A stretch of DNA of 64,000 nucleotides from Epiperipatus broadwayi (lineage: Eukaryota; Animalia; Onychophora): contig JAQFVV010000009.1 of assembly GCA_028023455.1 (NCBI GenBank), positions 15,252,001 to 15,316,000 of the forward strand, written 5' to 3'. The notes beneath the pieces are model-generated. The model saw nothing but the letters and a program-made list of their open reading frames with translations, was not told where the DNA came from and ran no database searches. Positions 14,905 through 27,616 of this stretch are shown in pieces (the stretch's first letter is position 1; each line of letters opens with the position of its first letter). Made by a program: the position numbers and the translations under genes.

Positions 14905-15365
14905 TTAATAATTTTTATTAGTCATTCATTAGACTAGAGATTATCCAATAATGAGTAATATTTCTGTAGTGTAATTTTCACTACACTACCTGAAAATTGC
15001 ACTACAGAAATATTATTCATTATTGGATAATCTCTAGTCTAATGAATGACTACTAAAAATTATTAATTTACTTCCATTAAGTGCTATCAAAGTTGTGAGG
15101 GCAGCTAATTTGACACTTATAAATTAAATTGTAATTTGCTATCTATGTATACTAAATAATGATTGTGTAAGAGATTGTGGTCTGGACCAACTGATGAGTG
15201 CTGGTTCAGCATAAAATGTGCATCTCGAGGATCATATTATCTTTTTCATATTTTTGATCACATGTTTATGATTACAACCCTCCACAAGATATTAAAAGCA
15301 AATAGAAACTAGTCCCTACCTTGCATGAGTAGTGTAGTGAAAATTACACTGCAGAAATATTATTT
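14905..15365 (+). mobile_element. Hammerhead-bearing non-autonomous retroelement, family B (inverted head 14905-14989 plus ~347-nt monomer)
   Basis: 13-bp TSD aataaataatata (14892-14904 / 15366-15378). The head is the reverse complement of the monomer junction. tgaaaatt.cact.cagaaatatta recurs at 14991 and 15338. Confidence 0.85.
15187..15228 (+). ncRNA. Minimal type I hammerhead ribozyme, family B (G12>A, probably inactive)
   Basis: ccaa-CTGATGA-gtgct ggttc agcat-AAAA-t gtgc a-TC-tcga. Confidence 0.75.
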
Positions 15366-16749
15366 AATAAATAATATACTATTTGGGTGAGAAAAGTAAA
15401 ATACAGATACACCTTTTTTAATAGAATAAAAAAATTACAAAACTCAAAAATCTTTCTCAATACAATCAATTTTAAATAAATTGTAATAATAACAATTGCT
15501 TTTAATAATTATCTTGATGTAATAATGTTGATGTGCATCAATGAAGATTCTAAAGTTTGTGATTAAATTGTTTTGGAGTTGATTACATTAACTGAACTAA
15601 TTAATATTGATTTATATACTTACATGTTGTATACATTTCAAAACTCAAAACATATATCATTTTAAAAATTTATTGCAAATGTTATGAATGAATATATCAT
15701 GACTTTCCAATTAAGTTGAAATATATGAAAAAAAATGTAAAAACCAAAAAATTGTATTATTCATAAGTTTTCTGTTTGTCATTTAAATATATTTTTAAAT
15801 GTTTGGTTAAGTCAACCATTTAATAAATATTTAGTAAATAACAGTTGTTTTTGAAACTTTTTTACATCTTTTAAAAAGATTATTTTCATGTTTTAACTCA
15901 TTGGAATGCATGGTGAAATTTTTCACTTTACCATGTTATTTGTTTTGGTATTAATAAATGTGATATTTATTGTTTAATTCAACATATTTTTTAAGTCTTT
16001 ACTCTGAATAAATTATTTAATAAAGAATAATCAATATGCATGGTAAAGTAGAGTCATAGAATGCAGTTTCAGCCCTATCCCTTTTGGTACTCAGACTTCT
16101 TACAAATGGCTGAGTAACAAACTTTAATTAATTAATTATTTATTTATTTAATGCTTACTGAATAGTTAATAAATTACTTTTTAAAACATTGTTTAGAAAA
16201 AATTGTGATGTTTTAATTTTTTTTGTGTGTGTAAGTTCTGCATATTTTTAAGCAATAAGATTATGTATTATTTTATATTTTTTCACAGTTTAATAGCTAA
16301 ATATTATTTTAAAATTGTTTTTTAATTTTGCAGTCTAAACAATACCTTTATGTGCTCTATCAAATAATTTTAAAACTAACAAAAAAATTTGAAAATATTA
16401 TGCACTCTATTTTGGCAAAAAATCATTATACCAGATTTAAGTATAATGGTAATTTTATCAGTGTATAGTATATAAATGTTTATGTGTTAGAATTATGATT
16501 TGACAAGTAAACAAGATAAATATTGAAAATATCAAATCTTCATACAACAGTTATCTCTATACTTGATGAAAGCAAAAAATAAGATATTAGTTAAAATGTA
16601 ATAAATATTATGTATTAAATCACTAATAGAATGGCCAAAAGACTTTGGTATATTTTGAATAACCTATAAGCATTAACTTATAACCTAATCAGACTTGGCC
16701 ACTTGATGGCATTCTGACTCGCCAAAACACCTAACAAATGCCATTTACA

Positions 16750-17200
16750 AGGCCTGACTTACGGCTATAGAAAACATCTAATGTTTGTCTTAGCCATTAG
16801 AAGGCCATTGATGATGTCGTAATGCAGAAATAATATGGCCTATTTCTGCTTCGCGACAGTTACTGTGAATCCACACACTTATCTTTTGTGTACAGTTTGA
16901 TATATATGTGCGTGTAGTTTGATTAGTCAAATTTTTACAATATATGTTACACAATCTTTGTATTTGTAATGAATTTAAGAAACCTGACTTTATAGTAATT
17001 TTCCAAATGGCCACACCCTTATTTAGAGAAGGTGTAATGTGTAAAAGCTTGCTGAGGGTATGTCAACAGAATTCGGCTGAGTTCGCATGCGAAATCTCGT
17101 TTTCACGTGAAATACCACGTAGTTCATAATATGGCTAGCGATTGCGTAACTTTTTCCACAGTTGCCGAAAACAGAAGCCGAGTATTTCTGCTGTCCAATA
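16750..17200. promoter_or_regulatory. CpG-retaining island; candidate promoter or first exon (possibly minus strand)
   Basis: Dense CpGs against a CpG-poor background. Palindromes TTCGCATGCGAA (17082-17093) and TTTCACGTGAAA (17101-17112). Minus-strand GTAAGT donor at 16762-16757. Confidence 0.4.
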
Positions 17201-17379
17201 AAAATATACATGATGTTTTGTAAATTTCATAGAAAGCACATATTATAAACATGTTTAATAAGTAAATAAGACATTGATATGTGTTTGTTGTTGTTTAAAA
17301 AAGTTTGAGTTTCTTTCTTTTGTCCGACTATGGTTACGATTTTGATATCTTTTATTTTAGCATTACAAACAACAGAACA

Positions 17380-17450
17380 CTAACCCTAAACTAACCCTAA
17401 AACTAACCCTAAACCTAACCTTAAACCAACCCTAAAACTAACCCTAAACT
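17380..17450. repeat. Telomere-like minisatellite, ~6 degenerate units of CTAACCCTAAA
   Basis: ctaaccctaaa ctaaccctaaaa ctaaccctaaa cctaaccttaaa ccaaccctaaaa ctaaccctaaa. Confidence 0.9.
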
Positions 17451-17478
17451 TACACAATTGTTTTGTTATGTAGAAAGC

Positions 17479-17673
17479 AATAATTAAGCAAAAGACATCG
17501 CTAAATAGACATCACAGAGTAGCAGCTTCATCCAAAAACAGCGATTTAAAAATTAAAAAAAAGGTTGTCGTTTACCAATAATTAAGCGAAAGACATCGCT
17601 AAATAGACACCTCAGAATAGCAGCTTTATCCAAAAACAGCGATCTAAAAATAAAAAAAAAGGTTGTCGTTTAC
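17479..17673. repeat. Tandem duplication, 2 x ~98 bp
   Basis: aataattaagc.aaagacatcgctaaatagaca...ggttgtcgtttac starts at 17479 and again at 17577. Confidence 0.9.
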
Positions 17674-19871
17674 TAAATACAAAATTAAAATTAAACAACT
17701 TTTTTAATAAAAAGGCATGAAAAAAAAAGTTATAGCAATCAATAAATTAATAACCAAAAAAAAAAAAACAGCGATTTGATTTAAAAATATAACGCGGCTC
17801 CGAACATTGTATTGTATTGTTTTTGACTTCCAACAATTACCAAAAATTAAAGTGTATAGATTTTGTAATTACTGTTCAAAAAATTTCAAAAAAAAAATAA
17901 ATAATGAAGTTCAAAAAATTACGATCACAAAAGTGCTATTTATTTGAAAATGGTTACTTTTAAAAATAAAGCCATTTGCATAGATTCATTTGCTTAAAAA
18001 CAAAATCTGTTATCCAATATAAAAAAGGTTTCTAAATAAAATTTGAAAATATCCTGAAATTTATCCAGTATTTTAGTGATATAAAAAAAAATGGAAAATT
18101 TGGCACTTTTGAAATTAATATTCAATAATTCCATTAAGACATCACGAACACTTTTAAAAAATAGACATATATACTTCTAAAGATTTAAAAGTTTCTTGCA
18201 CAACAATGCATAAAATGCTGCATAAAAGTTTCAATATTCAAAGTACATTCTAGAATAATATCAAATACAGTTTCATGATTGCAATTTATCAGGATAAAAG
18301 CAATGATTTGCGTTTATGAATAAATCAGCATTTTCTATATAGAATAACTTGAATTACCAACAGCAAATAAATAAGACGTGAGAATTTATAAGTTTTTAAA
18401 ACACATTCATTATGGTTTAAAAGTGAATATATGATAAAGTTTAATGGAAAACTGCATTCAAATCCCTTTGTTTAATGAACTATCAGTCACAGACACACAC
18501 ACACAGAAAAAAAAAACAAATTTTTAGATATGAGGGTTTTTTTTATTTTTCAAATTTTTTATTTACATTTTAATGTTATTTAGCAATAAGATAATGAATT
18601 ATCATAATGGTGTAAAGCATGTAAAAATTATCTCAATAAACACTTTCCAGTTAGATGAATGATATAAAATAAACCAATCTCATGGTCTACATAAACCAAA
18701 TATTATTCTTCATCCTCCTTGATTTTCTTTTGTAAAAATATACCAAATTCTAAATGTAAGTATTGTAGATACAAAATGTTGAAGAACTAAATTCTTAAAA
18801 AAAACAACTATATATATATGGAAAATCAATTGTGTGCTGTTCAATAAGAGAATTTTCAAACTAAAAAGACTTCTGTGCACAAAAAATTGTTGTCTTTACA
18901 AAGTATTTAATGGGATTTTTAATATGTAAAATTCTATCTACACATTAATAATTAATTGGCTTGCTCTACATAGTTCAACAAAGTGATAGAATGGTGGAAT
19001 CAAGATCTAAAGGTTCTAGAATCAATTTACTTTGCAGAAATGTAGAGAGAAAGAAGGAAAAAAAACAGACCAATGGAATAAAATTATTGTGATCAACATG
19101 ACAATTTCGTTTTTTAACATCACATAATTTCCTAAGAATTGAATTCACAATTATTTTCATGTTGTTTAATAACTATTTTCTGTAATCTTTATTTTTAGAT
19201 TTCTTTTCCATATAGTTTTATAGAGTTGTTATAAATATATATAATTTTAATTGTAAAAAAAAAAAAACATTTTGGAATGCTATGTCATATTCTTATTGTG
19301 TATAATGTTTTTTTAAGTATATGATATTTTTTACTCATTTTGCATGACAAAAAGTAATTACAATGATCTTATTAGGTATTCAGCACAAATATACTGAATT
19401 AAATAACAAATAAGCTTGATTATATAGATATTAGTAAGAATCTCATTCTATTTTTTGTTTTCCCCTCAACTTTAATTCTCAACATTCAAAGAATTTAAAA
19501 TCACATACAATCCAATATGATCAGACTTATAAAAAACTACAATAGCAAGATTAACAGCAGTGAACAAAAAATATAAAATTAGATTAAACAATCTACAAAG
19601 TAAATGATTCTATATCCATATATTATTCAAAAAACAGATGTTTGAACTCTGTATAAATGATTGAAGTGAGTATTTAAATAATAGGAAATGACAAAGTATT
19701 TGAATATTAACTTATCATTGGTATTCAATTCCCAGTTCCTTAACACAAATTATATTATTATGTCATATTTAAAATTATATTAAAAAATAATGAAGATGAT
19801 AATACAAACAAATTCATAGTACCAAGCAATCAAACTCTATAAAAATTATTTAATGCCTTTCATCAGTATGG

Positions 19872-19874
<3 letters not shown>

Positions 19875-19950
<76 letters not shown>
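19875..19950. repeat. (AT)n microsatellite, ~38 units
   Basis: Directly visible. Confidence 0.98.
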
Positions 19951-19953
<3 letters not shown>

Positions 19954-21559
19954 AACTAAATGCAAATACAGGTAACATTTGTAATCAATGTTGGTGGGGA
20001 TTTTATATAGTCTCTGAAGACTCACTCATGTTGGCCACATTACAAGTGATGGCTACAAATACCTCATGCGTGACTTTGGGCAGCCATTTGTAACTTAATA
20101 AAATTGCAGTAGCGCTATGTAATTTAATAAAATATCTCCGAATAAAACAAATGGCTTGGTGAAAAATGATGACAAAATAAACTAGTCACTTCAACTCTTC
20201 CATCTAGTTTTATAGGTTTTTGCTAAGTGAATATGGTCTATAAGGGCACCACTAGGTTTAGCTAAACCTAGACAAAGTTATATTCTATACCTACTTATAG
20301 ATGTACCTGATTTAAATCCATTTGGTACCTTATTTATAACCAGATGCAGGATTTTGGATTTTAGAACCATATCACATTTGCACTAACATTAAGAAAAACA
20401 AAACACCCTTATGCTTTAGTTGTGCAAATAAAATTTATCAGACAAAATTATTACTTAGATTTTAATATCATAAATGCATTTCAATATTCTCATACGTCTT
20501 GCTAGTTCACATCCAACACTGTAGATTTATGTTGGCAATTCACTCACCTTTGAATGATGTTTGATGATCTTGATGGTGGTTATTATCTCATAATGACTCA
20601 CAATGATAAACAAATACAGTGAAGATCATTATTTATCTATGACCATTAAATGCATTTATCTAGGTCATTGATTTAAAAACATGATGATGATGATACTTCC
20701 AGCCACAGTTTTACAGCTACTGCCTAACATAAAATTTAGCTTTTATAAATTCATAATTATTTGCCTAACTTTATTATATTTAAATTGGGACTTAACCATT
20801 AATATTCACCAGTGATGGTGAATGGTCATATTTAATAGAGCAAAGAATATTCTTAATAAAGATATATGCCTCTTTTAATAACACGAATTAATATTTATTA
20901 CTGGACTAATCAAATATACATAATATTTAAAGATATATATGAAAATTTATATAAATAACAATGATGAGTTGTTTGTATTTAAATCCTAATATTAATGATA
21001 CTAAATTTTTTCCCCTTTCCTTTTAATGATAGTGTCCAATGTTTATATCATAGTATAATGTTTGTGCATCAATTTGGATAGTGAATGGCTAAAAATTTAT
21101 ATCCAAATGAAAAATATTTCATTAAAAAAAAATAAACACTCTTTGCACGCACATATTTTTGTAACCTTATAAATTTAAACATAACATATAAAACAAAATA
21201 ATTAATTACAAAAAAGGTTAGTCAGATTTTTGAGAAGTAAAAGCATTTAGTGAAATAAGCTTTAAATTACCTATCTCCCCCTCTGACCAATTGAGGTCAC
21301 TAATCCTGATTTTAACAAATCTAGCTCTCCCAACATTACATTTCTACCACTTTCAACATTCAGACTCCACAGTTATACATGTGGCAAAATATAATTATAT
21401 TACTATGTGGGTGTATGTGTTGATCCCCATTATGAATAAAATACTATTAAAAAAAAAACCTTTTAACATATCAATAATATATTCCATAAATTTAAATTAT
21501 TATACAATAATACATTTCACAAAATAAAATACATCAATAAGTGGATACTTATAATAAAT

Positions 21560-23000
21560 TCAGAATACATTTTTAATATAATTTTCTATTTCCTGAATCA
21601 AATATTTATGCTTATCAACAATTAGTGTTTCAAATATGTTTGATCAATTATCCAAATCAAAAGCTAACTTAAAATCAATTTTTATTATAATATTCTGTTA
21701 ATTTTAATTCTTTGACATACTTAATGGCTTTATGAATCTTTAGCACTGCAATCACTGCTTTTCCTCACTTTATAACATGATGTGCAGCTGAATTTCATAT
21801 TTATTAACTGATGTAGTCTTTTAAAAATATTCATATTATTTGGAATCAATGTCTTCAACTAAAATAAGTGTCAGTTCTTCAATGATTGGTCTTAGTTTAG
21901 TTTTTTTCTTTTGTAACACTAAGAAATACATAATATGCAGCCAATAAATTTTTTCATAATAAATCTGATTAAAAAATTTCTATATTGTTGGAATCAAGTA
22001 TAATCTAATCATTGCAAATGATGGAATCACATCATTTGCAAGAGTTATTTTCATTTTTAATTTGTAAATCTCTTGCTGTATTTCTTCTTTAGCTATATAT
22101 TCTTTATGCTTTCCTATAGTAATGCTTTCATATGTTTTTATTTACCTTCAACTTTACCATACTTTATTTTAATATCTTTAAAGGTATTCATCAACATATA
22201 CACCTAAAACAAGTTAGTTTTCTTTTAGCATTATAGATATATCTTTACATAAATTTTGGCATAATCACTGATTTTGATAGTATTCTTAAATTAAGAATTA
22301 GCTTCTTTATTTTCCTTGTTTGATTCTCCTGCAGAATTTTATAACATAATTTATCACATTCCATCTGCAAATTATTAATTATCTCATAATTTGACTTATA
22401 CGATTGTTAATGCTTGGATATTTTTCTGGGTTTCCAGAATCCTATGTTTTATTTGAGTCTTACATGAATCAATTTATTCTTTATTTTATACCAAGTGGAT
22501 AATTGATCTATTGCAAATGTAATATCATTTGATACCTTTTTTTCTTAAGTTAATATACTCAAAAAGAACCTCACTGTTATATTTCTATATTTCCCCCAAT
22601 AATTCATCAGGACCTGCTGCCTTTCCCTTACTAAGCTATACAAAACTGTTTTATCTTCATCAAGCTGGATATCTCTACTTTAAAAGAAACAAATCACTGA
22701 AAGTAAGTATTTAATGCAGTCATAAGAATTCTCATATTGTTATTCAAAAGATCATCAAAATACTCTCTATATCTGTTCAAAATATTATCATCATTCACTG
22801 ATTTAATAGGTTTAGATAAACTTATTCCAAGACTACATGTTAGTTTCAACATTTTAAAAAAAAATAATAATAATAGTAAATTGCTCATGAACAACAAATA
22901 ATCATATAACCTTTGCAATGTTCATCCATCAATCATTCTTAAGACCACTGGATTCTTACCTTTGAATCTTTTTACTGTTTAGAGACTACAAATAAGCCAC
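21560..23000 (-). mobile_element. Degraded non-LTR retrotransposon RT region (RTE-like)
   Basis: Broken minus-strand frames give KGKAAGPDE (~22605-22630) and IDFKLAFD (~21657-21680), typical LINE RT motifs, among many stops. Confidence 0.6.
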
Positions 23001-23941
23001 AATTTATTTTTAATCACGTCATTTATAATACAATTACTGTCATAGAATTTGTTAAAATTTTACTTCACAGTTTCACCCCTCTACAACATAACAGTTCAAA
23101 AATTCAAATTAAAAATTTTAATGACTAATAGCTGTAGGTGTATAAAATAAGATGTCTTGTTTTGAATGTTGATGCACCAAATTTTTTAACAGTAATTTTT
23201 CTATCTAAAATTATTGTTTATGATAATCAAGTTACATTATATATCATGCAAAAATTCAATAACAACAGACCACTTGAATGCAAAAAGTCACTGTTAATAT
23301 TTTCAATAACTATAATTTTAAGAAACAAAATTAATTTTTTTAATATTTTATTTATTTAGCATAGTCTAACAAACTATTCACAAATATTAAATTCCAAATA
23401 AGATATGATAAAATTGTTAGTCTCTTTATTAGGTGATTATGCCACAGAATACATAGTTTTGATATTCATTAACTGTGATTTATGGTCTGTGTTTAGCCAA
23501 ATTACATAACACAGCCTGTTAAACTTCATTTTTGAAAAGACAAGCACAACAGCTATGAATAATCCTGAATAGGAAGATCAAATCCAGCTGTCTTTATTAT
23601 TGGATCTGGAAAAAAAAATATTTGGGGCCTCACAAACAATCCATTTCTTCCACTTCACTTCAACAGTTGTTGAAGAATTTCTGGGTTGAGCATCCAAAAA
23701 AATGTTGATTTGAGATGTGTCTCAATGTTAAATATTTACTTAACAGCTTATCATACATTTTCTATGAGGAAATATAACTTCTGTTATCTAATGAAAAAAT
23801 ATGTGAAAGGTCAAAAATGTTTATTGCATATTTAAAAATTTAGTGTCACCTCAAACAGTGTCCTAATGTTCCTAAAAGTACTTATGTTATATATAGAGTA
23901 AGTTAAAAACAAACTCTTAACAAGCTTCAAAAATACCCTCA

Positions 23942-23983
23942 ACCTCAGACCGCGGTTTCTGCATCTAGCGTCATCAGTGAGGT
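23942..23983 (-). ncRNA. Minimal type I hammerhead ribozyme, family D (GUC cleavage triplet)
   Basis: Reverse complement reads acctca-CTGATGA-cgc tagat gca-GAAA-c cgcg g-TC-tgaggt: 6-bp stem I and palindromic stem III loop. Confidence 0.85.
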
Positions 23984-24161
23984 GCTAGGGAATAAAAATA
24001 CTAGAACTAGTCCAGCATTTTATCAATGCCTAACTATTGAGAAGAAAATCTGAAACTTTCAGACATTTAAATGTTTAAATGTCTGAAAGTTTCAGATTTT
24101 CTTCTCAATAGTTAGGCATTGATAAAATGCTGGACTAGTTCTAGTATTTTTATTCCCTAGC

Positions 24162-24203
24162 ACCTCACTGATGACGCTAGATGCAGAAACCACGGTCTGA
24201 GGT
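24162..24203 (+). ncRNA. Minimal type I hammerhead ribozyme, family D (predicted cleavage after 24197)
   Basis: acctca-CTGATGA(24168-74)-cgctagatgca-GAAA(24186-89)-c cacg g-TC-tgaggt. Confidence 0.85.
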
Positions 24204-24251
24204 TGAGGGTATTTTTGAAGATTGTTAAGAGTTTGTTTTTAACTTACTCTA

Positions 24252-24622
24252 GACTTCAGACCACTCAAAGGAGTATGGAGAGATGTATGTTGGGAGTAAC
24301 AAGAAGAGATCGAAAATGCAATGTATGGGTAAGACAACAAACAGGTGTTACTGACCTTATTGAAAAAATTAAAAGATTGAAATGGAGTTGGGCTGAACAT
24401 ATTGCTAGAAGAAATGATAATAGATGGACAATTGAAATTTTACACTGGATTCCAAGAGATTGTAAAAGACCCAGAAAGAGACCACATGTGAGATGGATGG
24501 ATGAAATAAGAAAATGTGCAGGGGTGTTGTGGAAAAGAGAAGCTAAAGATCGGAGAAGATGGATTAAACTTGGAGAGACCTTCATCCTGCAGTGGATTGA
24601 TAATGGTTGATGATGATGATGA
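24252..24622 (+). mobile_element. 5'-truncated RTE LINE, 3' end with (TGA)n tail
   Basis: Open frame RLQTTQRSMERCMLGVTRRD...KWSWAEHIARRND.RWT...W.PRDCKRPRKRP..RWMDEI, typical of the RTE C-terminus. The tail is gatgatgatga. Confidence 0.92.
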
Positions 24623-26011
24623 TATATAACATTTGTAAATACGAGCTTTATTAAAATTAGGTCATCTGACTTGATTTTTTATCAATCTAAAAGTACTTAT
24701 ACCACAATTTTGAATAGTGTCAGTTTCTAAAAAAAATTTAAATCTAACATTATTTTCTATAGATCAAACAAATTAAATTATATTACAGTTCAAAATTACT
24801 CCTAAGCAGCATGGAATAGGATTGTATTTCAATTTATTGTAATAGAAAATTATATTCAGTTTATGAGATATTTCCCAGTTATTTAGATAAATATTTGGTT
24901 ATACTGTTTTTTAGAGATTAGAGATAAGAATAACCCAGTTTTATATAAAAATTTCCAAAGTTTTCATATCAAGAGACTTTTTATTTTGAACACAATATTT
25001 TTATGAAATCAAATCAAAGAGATGAATTTCCTGCTTTCTATATTTAGAATACTAAAGAAAATGAAAGAAATTGAAATATGTGGGAAAGCATTCTATAAAA
25101 TTTTTATATCTGCTATGATTATTATTTATTTATCAGAAAGCATTTTACCTAATAAAGTAATATATTTTCTTTCATGCAAAGATTTTAAAAATTTTTGGAA
25201 AATATTTCATCAAACAAATACATATGCTAAAGTTAAAGATAACAGTTTTAAGAGCTTATTTTGAGTCTTTTCCAACATAAATAAATAAAAATAGAACTTA
25301 TTAACAGCAGCTTCATTCTGACTAAAGCTAGTTTGATCTCATTAATTAATGGTAATCAGCTATCAGCATAGTCTTGTTAGCATTATTTTTCCAAAAGGTT
25401 TTATAGATAACACATAATGATATTGAATGATAATTTTCTGATCATTGCTAAATTTATTAGGTTTTTATGATCACAGTGTTGCTTTTATGCCACATTCAAA
25501 TAGTTTCTCTATGAATAATAATTGTTGAATAGGTTTGCCAATCATACTTTTGTTTTAAGTTTGTTTTAAAAAGTCTAAAAATATGCTATCTATTTATGAA
25601 ATCTTTTCTAATTTCCAACAATTAAGAACAAATACTAATCCATCAATATCATCACATACTGGTTTTATTAATTTACCAATAAAGAAACACTGTAAAAAAA
25701 AATTTTTTTTAGAAGTTGAATATAATACAAGTGGTGTTTTTTTTAAAGGTGTTTGTATACTTATCAAATTTCAATTGGACCTCATCTAGTTTTCGTTTTC
25801 GGTGGCCTATTTCAATTTTTATTTTCTAGCACCATCAAAAGATTTTATACATTTTTTTTTGTTACTTTTAAATCTTTGACTACACATATTGATTATAAAA
25901 AAACATAAGCAGTTCTGTTTCAATTTAAAATTAATTTCTCTAATATTCCCACTCCCAAGTGAATTATTGTCAAATCTATTATATATAAATACATGTACAT
26001 TGTCTGTACTG

Positions 26012-26187
26012 AGCTTAATGTAATTAGAATAGACTTGAACTCAGATTTTCAAGCTCCCTACAGCTATCCATTCCATCTTATACAACTGATATACATGATG
26101 ACATATACGTAAAAAAAATAAATGATCTCTAATAAACATATTTTGTGCTGAATCAGTACTCATCACTTAGTCCAGATCACCATCTCC

Positions 26188-26223
<36 letters not shown>

Positions 26224-26843
26224 CAATCAATGCTGTTTATATTAAGATAGTAAATCTTCAAACTTTAATGGAGAAGGCTTGAATCTTCTTCAACTTCTAA
26301 CTTTTCAGCCTATTCATATCATTGAAAATCTGATGATGGAATATTCAAAGCACTTGTTGATGCCAATATTATTGTCATACCCATGTTGACTTTAAGTCAT
26401 TCTGATCCCTCACATATAGAACCTTAATCTGCCCATTTAAATACACAGAATATTAAAGTCCTATATGTGATGAGTCTGAGTGACTTAAAGTCAACATGAA
26501 TATGACAATAATATCAGCATTAATAAGGGCTTTGAGTGATACATCATCAGATTTTCAATAAATGCATGGCTGAAAAGTTAGAGAGTGGTGAAGAACTGAA
26601 GCTTGTCAATTAAAGTTTGACAATTTGCTATCTTAATATAAAGTAAGCACTGATTATATATGTGTGGGAGATGGTGATCTGAACCAAATAATAAGTGCTT
26701 GTTCAATATGAAATACATATATTGTAGATCATTTATCTACTTTTATATGCATGTGGTCATGTGTATCAGTTGTATAAAAAGAAATGGATAGCTGTACAGA
26801 ATTTGAAAGTCTGAGTTCAAGTTCCTTCTAAATCTATTATAGC
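26012..26843. mobile_element. Degenerate hammerhead retroelement, family C (A-related), inverted pair
   Basis: Arms ~26012-26428 and ~26452-26843 mirror each other and are alignable to family A. Hammerhead relics at ~26129-26172 (-) (gtgatga gtact gattc agcac aaaa) and ~26684-26724 (+) (ataataa gtgct tgttc aatat gaaa tacat ata). Confidence 0.7.
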
Positions 26844-27545
26844 AAAAAGAGATAGGTGAGATTGTTATTCTTTTCAAAATAGCCCATATATTAACTCCAA
26901 TTAGCTTGCATAAAATTCTATCTTGGAAATGGGTGACATTCATCTACAGGAATAGTAAATTCCAAGAATGATAAGGTTTATGTTAGTTTATAATGAAAAT
27001 GATCATTATATCAGCAGACAACAATAAATCATTTCTACTAAAACAAAATAAAAATCAGAGGTTATTTATACACTTTATTTGTCTGATTTAAATGTTTTAA
27101 ACACATGGTATATTGTTTAAACCATCCAAACTAAAATTTAAAAATTTGTTTTATCTTCAATTTTTTATCACTAAAGTTTCTTGGTAATCAAATTATTGAA
27201 ATATATAAAGATCTGGAAAAGAATGAAAGACAAGTTAGTATTAAAAGATTTAATGCAATAACATTATCCAATAAATAATAAAAACCTTCTCTGAAATTTA
27301 TGAATCTAATGTTGATGTATAAGCAGCCCTAATAAAATAGGCACATATTTTAAAAAAAGAGATACCAAATTAGACCCCAAAGCATGATTTTCACTAAAAG
27401 TGCATATATCAATCTTAAATCTTGATAATCCTAATTATACACTAAAAAATTTCACATCAGCAAAGTTTTACATTTTAAATATTCTCTTAAATAAATAATT
27501 AAAAGTAAATAATCAAATAATTTTACTGCACAGAAGTTCATAAGA

Positions 27546-27616
27546 AGTTTGAACCCATGAAGTGCAAATGATCCAAGGATCTTAAAATGGCACTCTACCA
27601 TTGAATTAAACCACAC
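27546..27616 (-). mobile_element. Probable degenerate tRNA-derived SINE head
   Basis: A-box-like tcaatggtagag and B-box-like gggttcaaac on the minus strand. No intact cloverleaf. Confidence 0.3.

Larger units (their letters stand above)
23884..24632. mobile_element. Hammerhead-bearing palindromic element, family D (arms 23894-24071 / 24074-24251; right arm resumes at 24623-24632 after an RTE insertion)
   Basis: 178-bp arms with only 2 mismatches and a 2-nt loop (24072-24073). Each arm carries a hammerhead. Confidence 0.85.

Noticed and set aside
16050-16105. Hammerhead-like CTGAGTA...GAAAC-TGCA-TTC on the minus strand
   Set aside because: G8 is missing, stem III mismatches, and stems I and II are not convincing.
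17380-17450. True telomere or chromosome-fusion site
   Set aside because: The units are 11-12 nt and irregular, the array is only ~70 bp, and there is no head-to-head junction.
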